NCBI GenBank assembly: GCA_046563655.1
Contig: CM102285.1
Span: 3,100,001 to 3,164,000, forward strand
DNA from: Yuukianura sp. NJ FZ-2021
Taxonomy: Eukaryota
Reading direction: 5' to 3'
DNA: 64,000 nt
Position 1 is the first letter of the stretch. Each line of letters starts with the position of its first letter. This document shows positions 1 to 13,700 of the stretch, piece after piece. The position numbers and the translations under genes are program-made. The notes under the pieces are model-generated. The model was not told where the DNA came from and ran no database searches. It saw nothing but the letters and a program-made list of their open reading frames with translations.

Positions 1-1242
1 TTTAGTTTGTTGTTTCTAAGAATCTGAAAGTGCGTTTTTGTTTTTCAACAAAATAGTTCAACTGCAATTGTTCAAATTTTACGCATTCTTCACACGTAAG
101 TTTTTAGTCTCCCTTTATCTCTATTACATTACATTCGAATGATGTCTTTTATGCAGTTGTACAAAAATTGATTAAATTTTTTGTCTCAGGAATTTTTTGT
201 CAAGAACAAAAAAAAACTTTTATCAAAGAACTCGTTTTTTCTTCTGCATTATTCACGGAAGTAAAATCAAAATGGTTTATCACTTTTATTAAGTTGAAGA
301 GGTGTTGTAAGTATCTTTACTTCGTTAATTACTGAAGTAGATTAAGTTTTTTTATGTTAGGTCTGGTTAGTTTTCTTAACGCTAGAAAATTAAGATTATT
401 TAGTGAGATCATTCAGACGAAGTTGTATTTACTTAGCACCGCCCTTCATTTCATTTGACGCTTTCAAAGTGCCATTTAAAATTGAGATTCTCATGATCTC
501 GTGTTTGCTTTTCACACTTACTCAATTTCTAGTCTGCTCAATGCCGTGTCTTTGTATGTGATTTTTGTTGCTCAATTGACTCTAAATTAAAAGAACACTC
601 AAGAAAAGTATTAGCTGTGAAGTTTTGCTGGAAAAACAGCAGGCGGTATTCAACGGCACAGCATGGCGTGGAAGCTAACTGCTTTTAGTTCAAAAACAAT
701 TAGCTCGAACGAGAATTGGTCGACGTAAATCGCTGTACATGACATAACTTAAAATTATTTTCCCATCAAAACTTATAACGGATGTGCAGATGCCAAGCTC
801 TTTCAATTCTAACAATACAAATAACTGCCATGATGCAAGTTTAGTCGAAACAAAACTTACTTTAAATTTTTTGAAATTTTTGACGTGTGAAAGACGTACG
901 ATATTAGATTAACGCAAGAGTTGAATGACTTTGTGAGTCGCAAACTTTTTGAAGTAGGTATTATATTCAAGTAAGTAAAATTTGTTTCATTTTTTGGTGA
1001 GTTTAGAAATAGCGTATAGACTTCTATTTGAACAAATTGCGTTTGAGGTAATGACTGTTGACGTGTTTTGCCTCCCTTTTCTTGAAAGTGCATTTGAAAA
1101 TCTCCCCCACCATTTGCCATAAATCATTTGACAGATCGCTTGAGCCTTCATTTTCTTGTTTATTTACTTGGCAGGGTTTCTCACACTTCCAGCTGGTGGA
1201 GCCAGCATAGTCCACTTTAAAGTGTCCTCGAGACTGCAGGGA

Positions 1243-1863
1243 ATGAAGCACTTTGGTCCACTTTCGTCTTCGATTGCCCCACTTGCCACATTGGTCTTCG
1301 TCTCTACCATTCTATGTCCATTTGTCACTGCCAAAATTGGGAAAATCGGTGACAGTTGCAAAAAGGACAAGGACTGTGACCAATCCAATTTCATCGGATG
1401 TGATCCTGTAACCAGAACGTGTAACTGCCCTGAAGCTCCCGGATTTCGCCTGTACTATTCCCCACTGCAAGGCAAATGTGTTAGCTACGTCGATGGAATT
1501 TGTACTTACACAGAAACGCCGCCACTCCCGATGATCAAATGCGTCGATAATGCTGTCTGCGTTCCTCTGCGCGATCCAACCGAACTGAACGGAAAGTGCG
1601 TTTGCAAAACCAATTATTATCGGACCAAGGCCAATCAATGTGCTAAGAATTTGCCAATTCCTACTGCAAATACGATTGGCGGTGGAGGGGGCATTGAGAC
1701 GCCACGCGGAAGCGGACACGGGACGTCAAAATCAGCGAGCACGCGAAATTCTCCAGAACCGTACCATTCCTATTCAACGGCTTCAGGCAGAGGGCAAGAA
1801 ACCAAAATTTTAGTTCCAGGACTTGTTTTAACTTTTGTTTTAAAAGTTTGGAAATGTGTTTAG
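1243..1863 (+). CDS. Intronless secreted/GPI-type cysteine-rich protein (EB/EGF-like Cys modules)
   Basis: ATG 1243 is followed by a hydrophobic signal-like segment (LATLVFVSTILCPFVTA), then a Cys-rich region starting C-x5-C-x7-C-x6-C-x-C, a Gly/Ser/Thr linker and a hydrophobic C-terminus (ILVPGLVLTFVLKVW). Cys spacing matches the 28834 gene. Confidence 0.8.
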   Translation: MKHFGPLSSSIAPLATLVFVSTILCPFVTAKIGKIGDSCKKDKDCDQSNFIGCDPVTRTCNCPEAPGFRLYYSPLQGKCVSYVDGICTYTETPPLPMIKCVDNAVCVPLRDPTELNGKCVCKTNYYRTKANQCAKNLPIPTANTIGGGGGIETPRGSGHGTSKSASTRNSPEPYHSYSTASGRGQETKILVPGLVLTFVLKVWKCV

Positions 1864-2419
1864 AAATGTAAGAAAAAGAGAAAACCAAAATTTGAGAAAT
1901 CTTTGTGACTTAACTTGCACGTGGGGAGTAGAAGAGTGGTATTTAGCTTAAACTATTTTGAAACCAAATAGACTTTTGTAAAATTTTGAACTTGACGTTT
2001 CGACCTTCCTGTTGTTGTCATATACAGTGTTTATTTTATATAATTATAAATAAATTTTAAATGAATTAATTTTGTTTGAAATTTTTCAAAAAAAGTAACA
2101 AGCAGTAATTTAAGCCTCATACTTATGTCAAAAAATTAGGTCAACGCACCAATAGTGATTTGGCGTGTGAATTTTTTACATAAAAATATTAAGATATTTT
2201 TTTTCAAACACATTTTTTGGCACACACGCACATTTTTTTTAAACACAGTAGGCTAATGATTTTTGACATCAAGGTTTTATCGAATTGCTCTCCATCACCT
2301 TCAAGTTAAATTTACACTTTGCAGCATTCTATGTGTCATCCATTGATTTTTGCCATTGCAAACAATATAATCTTTCCCCATTTCTTCCACTGCACAATGT
2401 AGGTCTGTTGCCTTTTTCC

Positions 2420-2433
2420 GTTTCCATGGCAAC
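2420..2433. promoter_or_regulatory. RFX X-box
   Basis: GTTTCCATGGCAAC matches the X-box consensus GTTNCCATGGNAAC, ~280 bp upstream of the kinesin-2 ATG. Confidence 0.75.
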
Positions 2434-2710
2434 ACCCCTTGCCTCTTGGGAACTGATGATCAACAGCAGGGAATTCACCCCCTCTTATTATGCATTGTCT
2501 TCACGTCCCAACTTTCTCCCTTTCTTGTCACTTTCTCTGGACTTCCACCGAAGTTTGTTCAATTCCGTTCACTTTAGTACCAGTTCATAGAAAGAAAGTT
2601 CCTCAATAAGCGAGCAAGGCGACACTCCTCGGTCAGTTAGTGTCCAGTATATTGGAAGAAATTGGAATTTTACATTTTGTCTCGAAATTTTGAAAAAAAT
2701 TGGAATTGGC

Positions 2711-5700
2711 ATGGGAGAGACGGAGACAGACAGTGAGCCGGAGGTGGGAATGCAAGTGAACAAGGAGGATGAAAGTGATGTCGAAGCAGAACAGGATTAT
2801 GCAGAATTCAAGAAAACAGGAGATACAGATAAACACAAGGGAAAGAGCGCTAAGAAGTCCAAAAATGCAGGAAAACATCGACGCGGGTCTGACAAAGGTC
2901 AAGCGATGGAAGTCGGCGGAGCATCGGAAAAGGTCAAGGTCATTGTGAGATGTCGACCTCTCAGCGAGAAAGAAATTCTTCAAGGTCATACAAGGTAATG
3001 TGTTTCCCAAACTACATTTTGATGCAAAAATGGAAAATTTTTTAAAATTAGTCAGAAATTACAAAGTCGAAACAAATAAGAGTTTTATCTTAGACTTGAA
3101 AAGAATATCACAAAAATTACTCAATTTTCATTTTACTGCAAACACGAAACTTTTTGGTCGAGTGTTCTCGTATTGATTAGAATTAAAACCAAAACACAAA
3201 CAATGTAAAAGTTTTTTTTTTGCATTTATTTTTAGAATTGTGCAAATTGCGCCAGACAATAAAGCATTGGAAGTTCATCGGCCGAATCCGTCCAGTTCGA
3301 ACTTGGTCAACGCTAAAGTGGACAAAATGTTCACATTTGATGCCGTTTATGACGAAAGGTAGTCATTTCAAACAAAATATAATCCGAGAAAGTAACTTTC
3401 TGCACGCTTTATGAAAACGGAAAGGTGTTCTTTCTGAAATTTAATCATTTTTTTTTTCGTAGAACATCACAGAGCCAGTTGTATGAAGAAGCATTCAAAG
3501 ACTTAATCGACTCCGTTCTGGAGGGATTCAATGGCACTATTTTTGCTTATGGTAAGATGCACCACTTGACCCAATTTTTAAACAAACCGCATCCCATAAC
3601 AAACCAAAAACCGAAAAACAAACGGAAATCAGAAATAAAACTCTTTTCTTAATTTTTTTCAGGTCAAACTGCATCCGGCAAAACATATACAATGGAAGGT
3701 ATTTTGGCATAAAATGTTGACCTTCCGAAAAACCTAACTTGCTCAATTCAAATACCTAAAAAATCTTAGTACTTTGAAAAAAAAAACAGAAGCCATGCAA
3801 CTTTGAAATTTTTGGTAAATTTTCAAATTTGGTTTTACAGGAATTCGTGAAATCAGAGAGCATCAAGGCGTCATTCCGAATGCCTTTCGTCACATCTTCA
3901 GCCGAATCCAAGAGTCGCCTAACATGACGTACCTCGTGAGCGCATCTTACCTAGAGATTTACAACGAAGAGGTCAAGGACCTTCTGAGTCCAAAACTCAA
4001 AATTTGCGAGCTCAAAGAAAACTCGTCCGGCGGTGGAGTTCATGTCAAAGGACTCACGAATTTCTTATGCCGCGATTTTGACGAAATCAACAACCTCATG
4101 ACGACTGGAAACAAAAACCGTTCCGTCGGAGCTACGAACATGAACGAACACAGTTCCCGATCTCACGCTGTTTTCATGATTTCGGTGGAAATGTCTGAAG
4201 AGTGGGCAAATGGCGAAACTCATGTCAAGGTCGGTCACTTGAATCTCGTCGACTTGGCCGGTTCGGAACGGCAAGGAAAAACTGGAGCAGAAGGAGATCG
4301 GTTGAAAGAGGCCGTCAAAATTAACTTGTCTTTGTCTGCTCTGGGAAACGTCATTGGTGCTTTGGCGGACGGAAAGAACGGGCATATTCCTTACAGAGAT
4401 TCGAAACTGACGAGGCTTTTACAAAATTCACTTGGGGGCAACGCTCGAACGATCATGGTGGCTACAATTGGTCCAGCCAGTTACAACTATGACGAAACTG
4501 TTGTCACTCTGCGTTATGCCAGTAGAGCCAAACGAATCAAGAACAAGCCGAAAATTAACGAAGATCCGAAAGACGCTATGCTCAGAAATTACCAGCAGGA
4601 AATTGCCAAGTTACGGTCATTACTGGAGGCAAAGATGAGCCGACAGCTAGATGGCGGCAGCTCAGATGAAGGCAGCGGAAGTGAATCTGCGCAGAAGCGA
4701 CACGGCGCAGGTTCCAGAAGCATTTTTGACAATTCTCTGCTTAAGGAACTTGAACCGTACCTTGATAGCTCTGGAGCTCCAAATGATCCGAAAGACGTTT
4801 TAAAAATTCTGACGGAAAAACGAAAACTATTACTCTCTGATACTGCTACGGTAAAAGAAGAAAAAGAAAGACTGATTTCAAAATTAGAATCAACACATCG
4901 CAAGGTGGAGCAAGCGCAGGAGGAATGCAGTGAACTTCACGCTAGGATTGAATGGTTCCAGTCAAAAGTGCTCAATGGTGACAAGAATCTTCTGGATCAC
5001 ACAAAGGAACAGCAGAAACTGATTGAACAGCGTCAGTTGGAACTGGATGAAGAGAAGGTCAAAGAAGATCAAATTAGACAGAAGATTGAAGAACATGATC
5101 TTGGTGTGGTGGAACTCAAGGAAATTGGCGGAACGATAGAATCACAGAATCATGCGGATCAAAAGAAAGTTAACAAAATGGAAGCCAAAGTTGCAAAGTG
5201 GCGGATTGAGCGTCAAGAACGCGTTGAGAAGCACAGTTACGAAGTTTCGAGAATCCAAAGATACTTTGTGCACAGTCAAAAGTAAGTTTAGAGTAATATT
5301 TTTCAAACATTAGGTTTTGGCCAATCTACGAATTACTTGAAATTTTTGAAAAAAAAAGAAGTATAACCTCAAAAGCCTTGCGTTTAAAAAAATTGAAAAA
5401 CAAATTCCAACATTTTGCGTAAAAAAAAACAAAAATAATGCACAGAGCTCTGTCATTTTGAATTTAAAAAAACTTCTAAAGTATAAAAAAAAAAGCATAA
5501 AAAGCATTTTTCAAAAGCATAAAAATGAAAGCTCCAAACAGAAGAATTTTGAAAAGCATGTATTTTTAAGATTTAATTTTTTTTTTATATAAAAATTCAA
5601 TCTCCACACATTATTGTGAGACTGAAATTTTTTAAACTGTAAAAAAAATACAATTGTGCTGAAATTTAATGCTCTTTTTTTTTGTTTGGCTTCTCAGAGA

Positions 5701-7563
5701 AAATGAATTGCAAAAATCCGTTTCGGAGAACTTTGTGCCACCTAAAGTACGCGGAACTTTGGCTTCGTTAGCTCATCAAAATGACGACGAAAGTTTCAAT
5801 TTCATGCCAATCACATCGATTCCTCTTCCAAGACCTAAAGTCAACCGAATGACCTTGTTCCCATTTTATATTAAATCTTCAACCGGTATTGTCGAACCTA
5901 AGACGAATTTTCACTACACCGATGAAAATATTTTGCAACTTCAACCAATTCCGCCGCTTCGTGTAACGAAACGCTACGTTCCGCCTGATACGGACCCTCA
6001 TATTAAGTCTGTGATGGAACGCGCCTTGGCTGAAGCCGAGAAAGACGTCGTCATTGATTGTAGTCGAAGTGGACCACAGACCAGGCGAAGGTAAATATTC
6101 CATGTGCATAATTGATACAAGTTTGCACGTCAAAAGGAAATCGATTTCCGTTCAAGTTCAGACATAGACTGTCTTAATTTGATTAATTAGTTTTTGATTA
6201 ATTTATGAACTTTGACCTTGACAGAGTGAAAACAGCTCGTGTTCGACTTGGAGAAGTTCTAACTTTTGAAAATAATTGGACCGTACGTCAAGTTCTATCG
6301 GCAAAGCATAGAAGCAAAGAAATTCCTTACAAAGACTTCGTGGCAGTAAAACGGCCGAATGAACGCGAAGAAAAAAGTTTTGCTCCGCTCAAAACGCCAT
6401 TGCGCAGAGTCAATCATGTTTCACTGTCACCGGTAAGTCATAATGCTTAACCTGACGTCATTGACCTCTTGACCTAACCTTAACACAGCCTTCACCTTTT
6501 ATCAGTGTTGGTGGATAGATAAAATATTTCTTCCACTTCACTCGAAAGTGGTAGATATATCCGGCTTTTTTTGGTTTCTGCCGAACGAAACTCAGTTTCG
6601 TCCATCGGAAACTCCGGGCTCCATCCGGATTTATCCATTTATCCAGTGGATATATCCTGGACGAAATGCTAAAAAAGTGGATATCCCCCAATACTGTTTT
6701 TTATCTTCTTTTGTTACTTCCTGTGACACTGTTCCTCTCCTTAGAACCTGTCTCTTGTCGAACCATTAACTGAATCTTGTCTACTGGATGAGCACTCCGT
6801 TTTTGATGCTCCTGCGTACCAACGTCATTGCAGCCTACATAACATTCACGAATCGAGACCAAGAACTTGTCAAACTGAAAATATGATAGACCCTGTGAGT
6901 CTGGACAGTCGACTTGAAGTTCTGGACAAAATGAGCTCCGATTTGACCATCTCGGCCGCAGATGAATTGAGATTTTTGAAAATGGATGAAATTTACCAAA
7001 AGAATCGATTCATGTCTGGAAGACTGCCTCAAGGTCATAGAATTTTGCAACGTCCGGGTTCTTCTCATGTGCAGAACTTTGCCAGAAGTCAGCCTCCACG
7101 TACTGCCATTCCCAAAGCTTTCAGAGATGAATGTCAGCAAGCTAAGCATGCAAGCCCTTGCAATACTCTGACGTCGTGGGTTAATGACATCACTCGATTT
7201 GACAGTCACCAAGCACATGCGCCTCCTCCAACTGCGAATCTACAGTCATTCCAACAGCATTACAACAAGCAACAAGATTTGCCGTTTCGAAGAGCCCGAC
7301 ATGTCGGAAGCCAAGCAGTTGAGGAATGTCGAGGAGACGCTATCAGAGCCCATACAAATTATTTCCCGCCGCAAACTGCCGTAACTGTGACTAGTCCGCA
7401 CATGCGTAGAAGTTCAACTGCGTTGTCACATGACGCAAATCGGAGCGGCTCTAGTGACAACCTTGGAGAATTTGACGATTTGAAATCAGGATTTTCTCAT
7501 TTCCGGCCACACGTTTCAAGAAATTTGCCTTTATCTCCTCCTTACAACTCCTTTCATCTCTAA
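2711..7563 (+). CDS. Kinesin-2 motor subunit, KIF3B/Klp68D-like (multi-exon; 3' end uncertain)
   Basis: Exons ~2711-2994, 3236-3358, 3463-3551, 3663-3698, 3841-5281, 5698-6090, then 6225- or 6834-. Motifs [64 protein letters not shown], with KIF3B-like stalk and tail ([16 protein letters not shown]). Confidence 0.9.
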
Positions 7564-10500
7564 TCTTTGTTTTAAAATGTGCGGTTTGAAATCGAAAATT
7601 TCTAAAATAACGGTTAAAAAATGTTTGAATGGAAATTTTGAATTTCAGGCGTAGCTGACAAGTTCAATTGTGGAGCAACGTTGATTCAATTTTGACGCTC
7701 ATAGTTCCATATCATGTTGGTTCCTTCCAATCACTTCACATTTCAGCAACCTTGCGTAACTTGAGAATAAAAACAAAAACAACACAATTAAGTTTCATGT
7801 GGTTTTTCTGATTAATAAATTAAAAAATCTCTCGTCAATGTATAACAGTTAACATTGAACAAGGAAGCAATATTGGCGCAAAAACGTCAAAAACGACCGA
7901 ACACTGCTGTAGTTAATGTGGGGTTAATTAAATTATGTAAATTAATTAAATTACTTCAACTATTTACTTACTTAATAACATTTAATACGGCAGGAGTTCA
8001 AATTATCGAGTGGGGATTTGCGTAATGGTAAAACTTAAGAGTGATTGATTACATGTGGACTTTTCTTAATTTCCGTCCGAGTGCACAAGTGAAGCGTGTC
8101 GCCACAAGGTTAAAAGGTGGAGCTAATGTTGTTGCATGTAAAATGGAATGCTGTGGACCAGAATGCTGCATCTATTACATTGGTGTTTGGATCCACTTAA
8201 GGAAAGAGTTTGAAAGGAAGTGGAGCTTCTTTTGTTTATTTTCCTTTCTTCCGGCTCCAGTTTCACCCGACATGAACCATACTGCCCAAAAGCCACATCG
8301 CTTAAAATAATATCACGGTTTTTATTCCATCACTTTTTTTTACAGTTTGGCCAAAAACGATTCAAACTGAGCTCGAAGCAGGCGACAGTTGACGACAGTT
8401 GTGTCAAGAGAGATACACTGATCCACACTGCGATGAAGTTACTTACTAGCGGAGTAATGAGTAAATGCCATGAAGATTCAGAATTTCTAAAATTTTGAAT
8501 TTTTCATGATTTCGAAAAGCTTGTGAACTTGACTTGATTTTTGTTTTGTGAATTGACGTGAGCTTGATCTTGACCAAGGTTCTTTCACAACCTTGACAAC
8601 CCAATTGTATTCTGTACAACAGGTTGTTCAACAACTCGGGGATCTTAAAAATTTTGGTAGAAAAAATTTTTTGAACCAATTTTGAGCCAATTCCTACTAC
8701 CTACATTACGTACAAATCATTGACATAGAAAGGCACGGCGAAGTCAGTGTTGCAAATTATTTAACAAAATTAAAAACTTCGAGTTATTGAATAACCTGTT
8801 GTAGAAAGCAATAATCTGCTGGTTTACCGACCTTGATCTTCACCGTCAAAAAGTTAATATGCAGCTGCAAAAAAATTCCAAAAGCTAAATTTACCTGGGA
8901 ACATTGTGTTCTAAACTTGGTCACACATTAACAAGCACAATCAAAAACAACATAATTTTAGTTTCATATTGTTGCTGCTGAACATGTTGTTTACAATAGT
9001 ATGCCCATTTGTAAAATACACAAATGCAAAGCTCCATAAGGTTTGTGCCAAACCTTTCAGCGAACAACGTTCTCCCAACCTGCATCTGAAGTGTTGAGTT
9101 TTCGTCACGCTTTCGTCTTTGTAATGTTTAGCATTTATTTTACTCCAACTTAGTGAAACGCGAAAGTGAATTTTGGAAATCCTCTAGACGTGGCAAGAAA
9201 AGTGATGAAAGCATTAAAAGACGAATTCAGAAGAATTTGTATAGTTTTAACTGAAGACCAAAAAATTATTCCGTGCATTTTATATTTGCATTGGAAAATG
9301 CAGAATGCGGAAAACGTCTCGTTGCTTTTTGAAAATTTACGGTATCGGCGTCCTTCCACTTCATGAAACGAATCACAGCGAGTTCGTATATTAGAGTGGC
9401 TGCTGTACGACATAAAACAACTTTCTTCTAACTTGAAATACATTTGGGAAATTTTCAATCCACTTGCTTAGATTGATCTGTATTAGAACCGGTTCATTTA
9501 AGCAGAGGCGTCATTCTTACGTTAGATAAAGAAGATGATACTATCTTCGTATAAAAAAGTGATGTGTAATAATAACATTTCTTCTTTCTCTGAGAGACTT
9601 TCTCCACTTGAGTCAATAAAGATAAAAGCATTTGATTCAACACATTTCTATAGCAAGGTCACGTGATGCCTAAAAGACATTTCTGAATTCTCAGATCATT
9701 TCTTGGCGAGTAATGATGCAAAAATTGAAGACAGTGAAATCCGTAGTAATTGGACTTGTGCAGTGATGTGGTACAATTTGTATTTGCACCTCACCTAGAG
9801 AATCAACAGGGCTGCCGAAATTTTTGAAAGAAGAAAACTAAAAAAAAATCTGCAGTCATTGAAGATACTTCTTTTTCATGTTTACAGAATTTTATTTTCA
9901 AATTTTAACAAAATTGGCGTAATCAATCGGTTTTTTTTTGTCCCGGTTTGATTGTTGTTTACTTTCGGAGTTTACCGCCCCTCTGTCCACCGCCTCCGCT
10001 ATTCAATTTCGCCTCACACGTCCCACACCTTATTATACTTTTAGTAACAAAAGGAACCGCAAGCTTGACCTTTGAGGTTGACATGGAATGTATTTTATTA
10101 GCGCCTAAGGCTATAATGATGGCTTCTTTCGATGTTAAAGTTGGCGGGAGTAACTATCAATCCAGAAGTTACAGGTTTAATAAAAAGTTTTTATTAAAAA
10201 CTTTTGGAAATGACAAAAAAATGTGCGCGGATGACCTGACGTAATTTCTTTTAGTAGCCAAGGACACATTTCTTGGAAATCAAAAAGTTAGGAGGTGAAT
10301 TCATAAAGTTAGTTTCATGAGTTTATGGTTGTTTTCAATGTTTGAACATTCGAGGTAGGTCACTCTAGTAGGTTTGCGTTTTATTGCAGAGCCCGAAAAG
10401 TGATAATTAGCAACTACGTCAAGGTGACTTCTTGGTAAATAAAATTTTGACACAAGAATGAGAAACGCCTGAAGTTGCCTTATGCTTTAGCAAATTGCAA

Positions 10501-10736
10501 TTAAAGTTATTGTGTCAGTTTGTGGACATGCCTTAGGCAGTGACAGACATTTTGTACTGGATGAAGGCTTAACTCATCATAAAACAAAAATTTGTGACTT
10601 GAAAAGTTGAGTTTTAAAAACTTGAGTTTAAGCTTTTGACATTTTGTCTCTCAATTTCCTTTTTGTAACTTTTTGGAGTACTCTGCGTTCAATTCTAAAA
10701 AGTGTCCTCATCGATCCACCTGGAAGTGCCACGGGC

Positions 10737-13700
10737 ATGGACTCCCCTACTGCGCCAGCTCCGCTTTCCTACCCGGGTAAATACAGAAAAAGTCGACATT
10801 AACCAGACACTTTCCAAGTTCACACACACTGTCAAACACCTTGTTCATCATCAGTTAAAGAATTTTTAAAACATTCAAAATTTCAAGACATTAAACGTGG
10901 AGTTTCAATATTATTTGATTATTTGAAAATATTAAAAACTAAACATTATCGGAATTTGTGCATCTAAATTCGATTTCCAGTTTCGTACACAAGACACTTT
11001 TCAGCATTTGGTAAGGCGATCCTAAAATTCGACCTTTGGAATTTTTCAAGTTGAAAATTATCAAACTTCGAATTTTATTTTTGTCATTTCACACATAAGC
11101 AGTAAATTTGTCGTAACGTGCTACACATCTTTGAATGTAGTATTATAAAAAAAAGTTTTAGAAGTTGCTTTATTAACGTGTCAAGTTTCAGCTTTTCTCG
11201 ATATAAACTTGTTCACAAATTCCAAATACTTTAGTGAATTTTAATTCACTAAGTAAATTTAATTGTTTTTAAGCGTAGGCGACAAAAAAATGCCTGAACT
11301 GGTTCCGTGCCAAGAAACTCCGCATATTTGTACTGGAGAAACTGCATGCGGCCTGTACAGGCCTCTCGGCGTCTACGTCTGCCTCTGTTACCACACTGGA
11401 ACACTCCCGGTAAATTCAGTTTGCAAACGCAACACAGGTATGCATAAAGTTGGCTTTACTTTTTAATTTTAATTCTAAATTAAAAAAAAAAGAAACACCA
11501 ACAGCATCGGAAAAGATAATTCAGAACGCTTTGAAATAACATTACAATTTGTATTCTAGTTGGACAGTTTTCGCCCGTTGCCAACGTATCACACCCCCAA
11601 ACTAACGCTACTTCTCGCAACAGTGGGATTCCTTTACATGTAATTCACATCTTCACTTTTACACTGGATAAGTTGTTATTCCAGTCAAAGTAACTTTTAC
11701 TTGTACTTTGACTTTGAGAAATGAGGATATCCTCATTTTTGCAAAGTCAAACTGGCAAGTCAAAGTATAAGTTCGAGGGTAAGTTTGACTGAGAATTGAG
11801 CTTTTCAATCAAACTTCGAACTTGCACTTTGTCTGCGCGAAAATTGATAATTACAAGTTTTAATTGTCCCTGAACATAAATTTGACCTTAAAAACGCTAA
11901 AAAATATAATCCTAATTAACTAATTACAATTAATTATTAATTTTAATTGGTACATTTCGCACATCAGATGCATACATTTAGGGTAACTTTTGGACGCTGG
12001 ACGCAAAAATGACTTCTAAAACGTCGAAGAACTTAAACCTGATTAACTAATTACAATTACCAATTAGCTTTAATTAGTGCAATTAGCGCATCACATAATA
12101 CATTTAGCGTGATTTTGGGTCGCTGAACACGAAAATAACTTCAAAAACGTTGCGAAACCTAAACCTAATTTAATTAACCAATTAAAGTTAATTATTAATT
12201 ACAATTAGCTAACTAGGTTTAGCATATTCAAGCTTTTTGAAGTCATTTCCGTGTTCAGTGGCTTAAATTCATGCTAAATGCATATTTCTGCCTTCCTAAT
12301 TGAACCTATTAAAGTTAATTATTAATTGCAATTAGTTAATTAAGTTTATGTTTAGCAACATTTTTGAAGTCATTTTCACGGTGGGCGACCTAAAATCACT
12401 CCAAATGCATGCATCTAGTATGTTAATTGTACTAATTGAAGTTAATTACTAATGGCAATTAGTTAAATATGATGACGAATCTCATCTCAACGTTTTGGAG
12501 GTCTAAGTGTTCAGCGACAATTTAAACTTATAGTAGTTATCAATTTTCAAGGGGAACAATACAATTCAACGTGAGGGATCGAAGGAGGAGTCAATCTTTA
12601 CTTGTGATGCGAAATAACAACCGAAGTTGTACTTTGACTTTGACTTTCGTCCGTCACAAAGTCAAAGTACAAGTACAAGTAACTTTGACAGAAATAACAA
12701 CCTATCCACTGTGTTTACACAACTTTTACATAGCACAATAGAAATTTCAAAAAAGTGTTATAAAGTTATGGACGGCTCTTCGAATGTGACAGAAATTTAG
12801 CTGTAATCTGAACTTTACTGCCTCTTTTCATGTAGGTACTAAAAAGTGAAAGCGGTAACCTTGAAGGTGTTGGTCATGGGCTACTCACTGATGCACATCA
12901 AGATGGCGGGGGATTGGAATTCGGTGCTCTCATGGGCATTCTATCCGTTGTGCTATTTTTAGTCGTCGTAGGCGGAGTCATATTTTGGAAAAGAAAATTT
13001 ATTCTCAAAAAGTTCAACCAACTGTCAAACCGTCAAATGGTAACCACCAAAAACACAAAGTTTAACAATAAACTAATGTAAAAATAGGCATATTAATCCA
13101 TTTGTAACTTTGAATTGTTAATGTAGGGCTTGGAGAAAAGTGGTTCTGGAAGTCTATTTCCAGTTGAGCGTTTCGTTGTCAACCAGACCTACTATGACAG
13201 CGCCCCTTTGATCCCTGCTGTTCCAGTATCTTCATTCCTAGCACATCAGATTACTATTCAAGCACAAATTGGACAAGGGTGCTTTGGAAAAGTTTTCAAA
13301 GGTAAACCACATCTAAACAAATACTGACCGTAAGCGTAACTCAAAGGGAGTTTAGTTCGAATATTTGAGTAATTGGCAAAATTTCATTCATGTTGTGAAC
13401 AACACAAGAAAATCCTGTACGAACATCCGCTTAACAGATTTTACGACATTAGTCATAAAAGAGAATCCCGACCCGCAGTAAAAGTTGTTTGTCACATCGA
13501 CCATTTAAACAACTTTTTGTTTCTGACACTCGAATGTCAGCTTTCTTTTAATTCAAAAGGTCACACGGTAAACAACAAAAGGTTACACACCTAAAGTGCA
13601 TGTACTAAAACGTCGTACCCTCTTGTCGAACTTTTCAATTTTGTGCGTTTATTTTTGAAATTGAGCTCAGCATTTTTATATTTTCTGACGAGTAGTTTCT

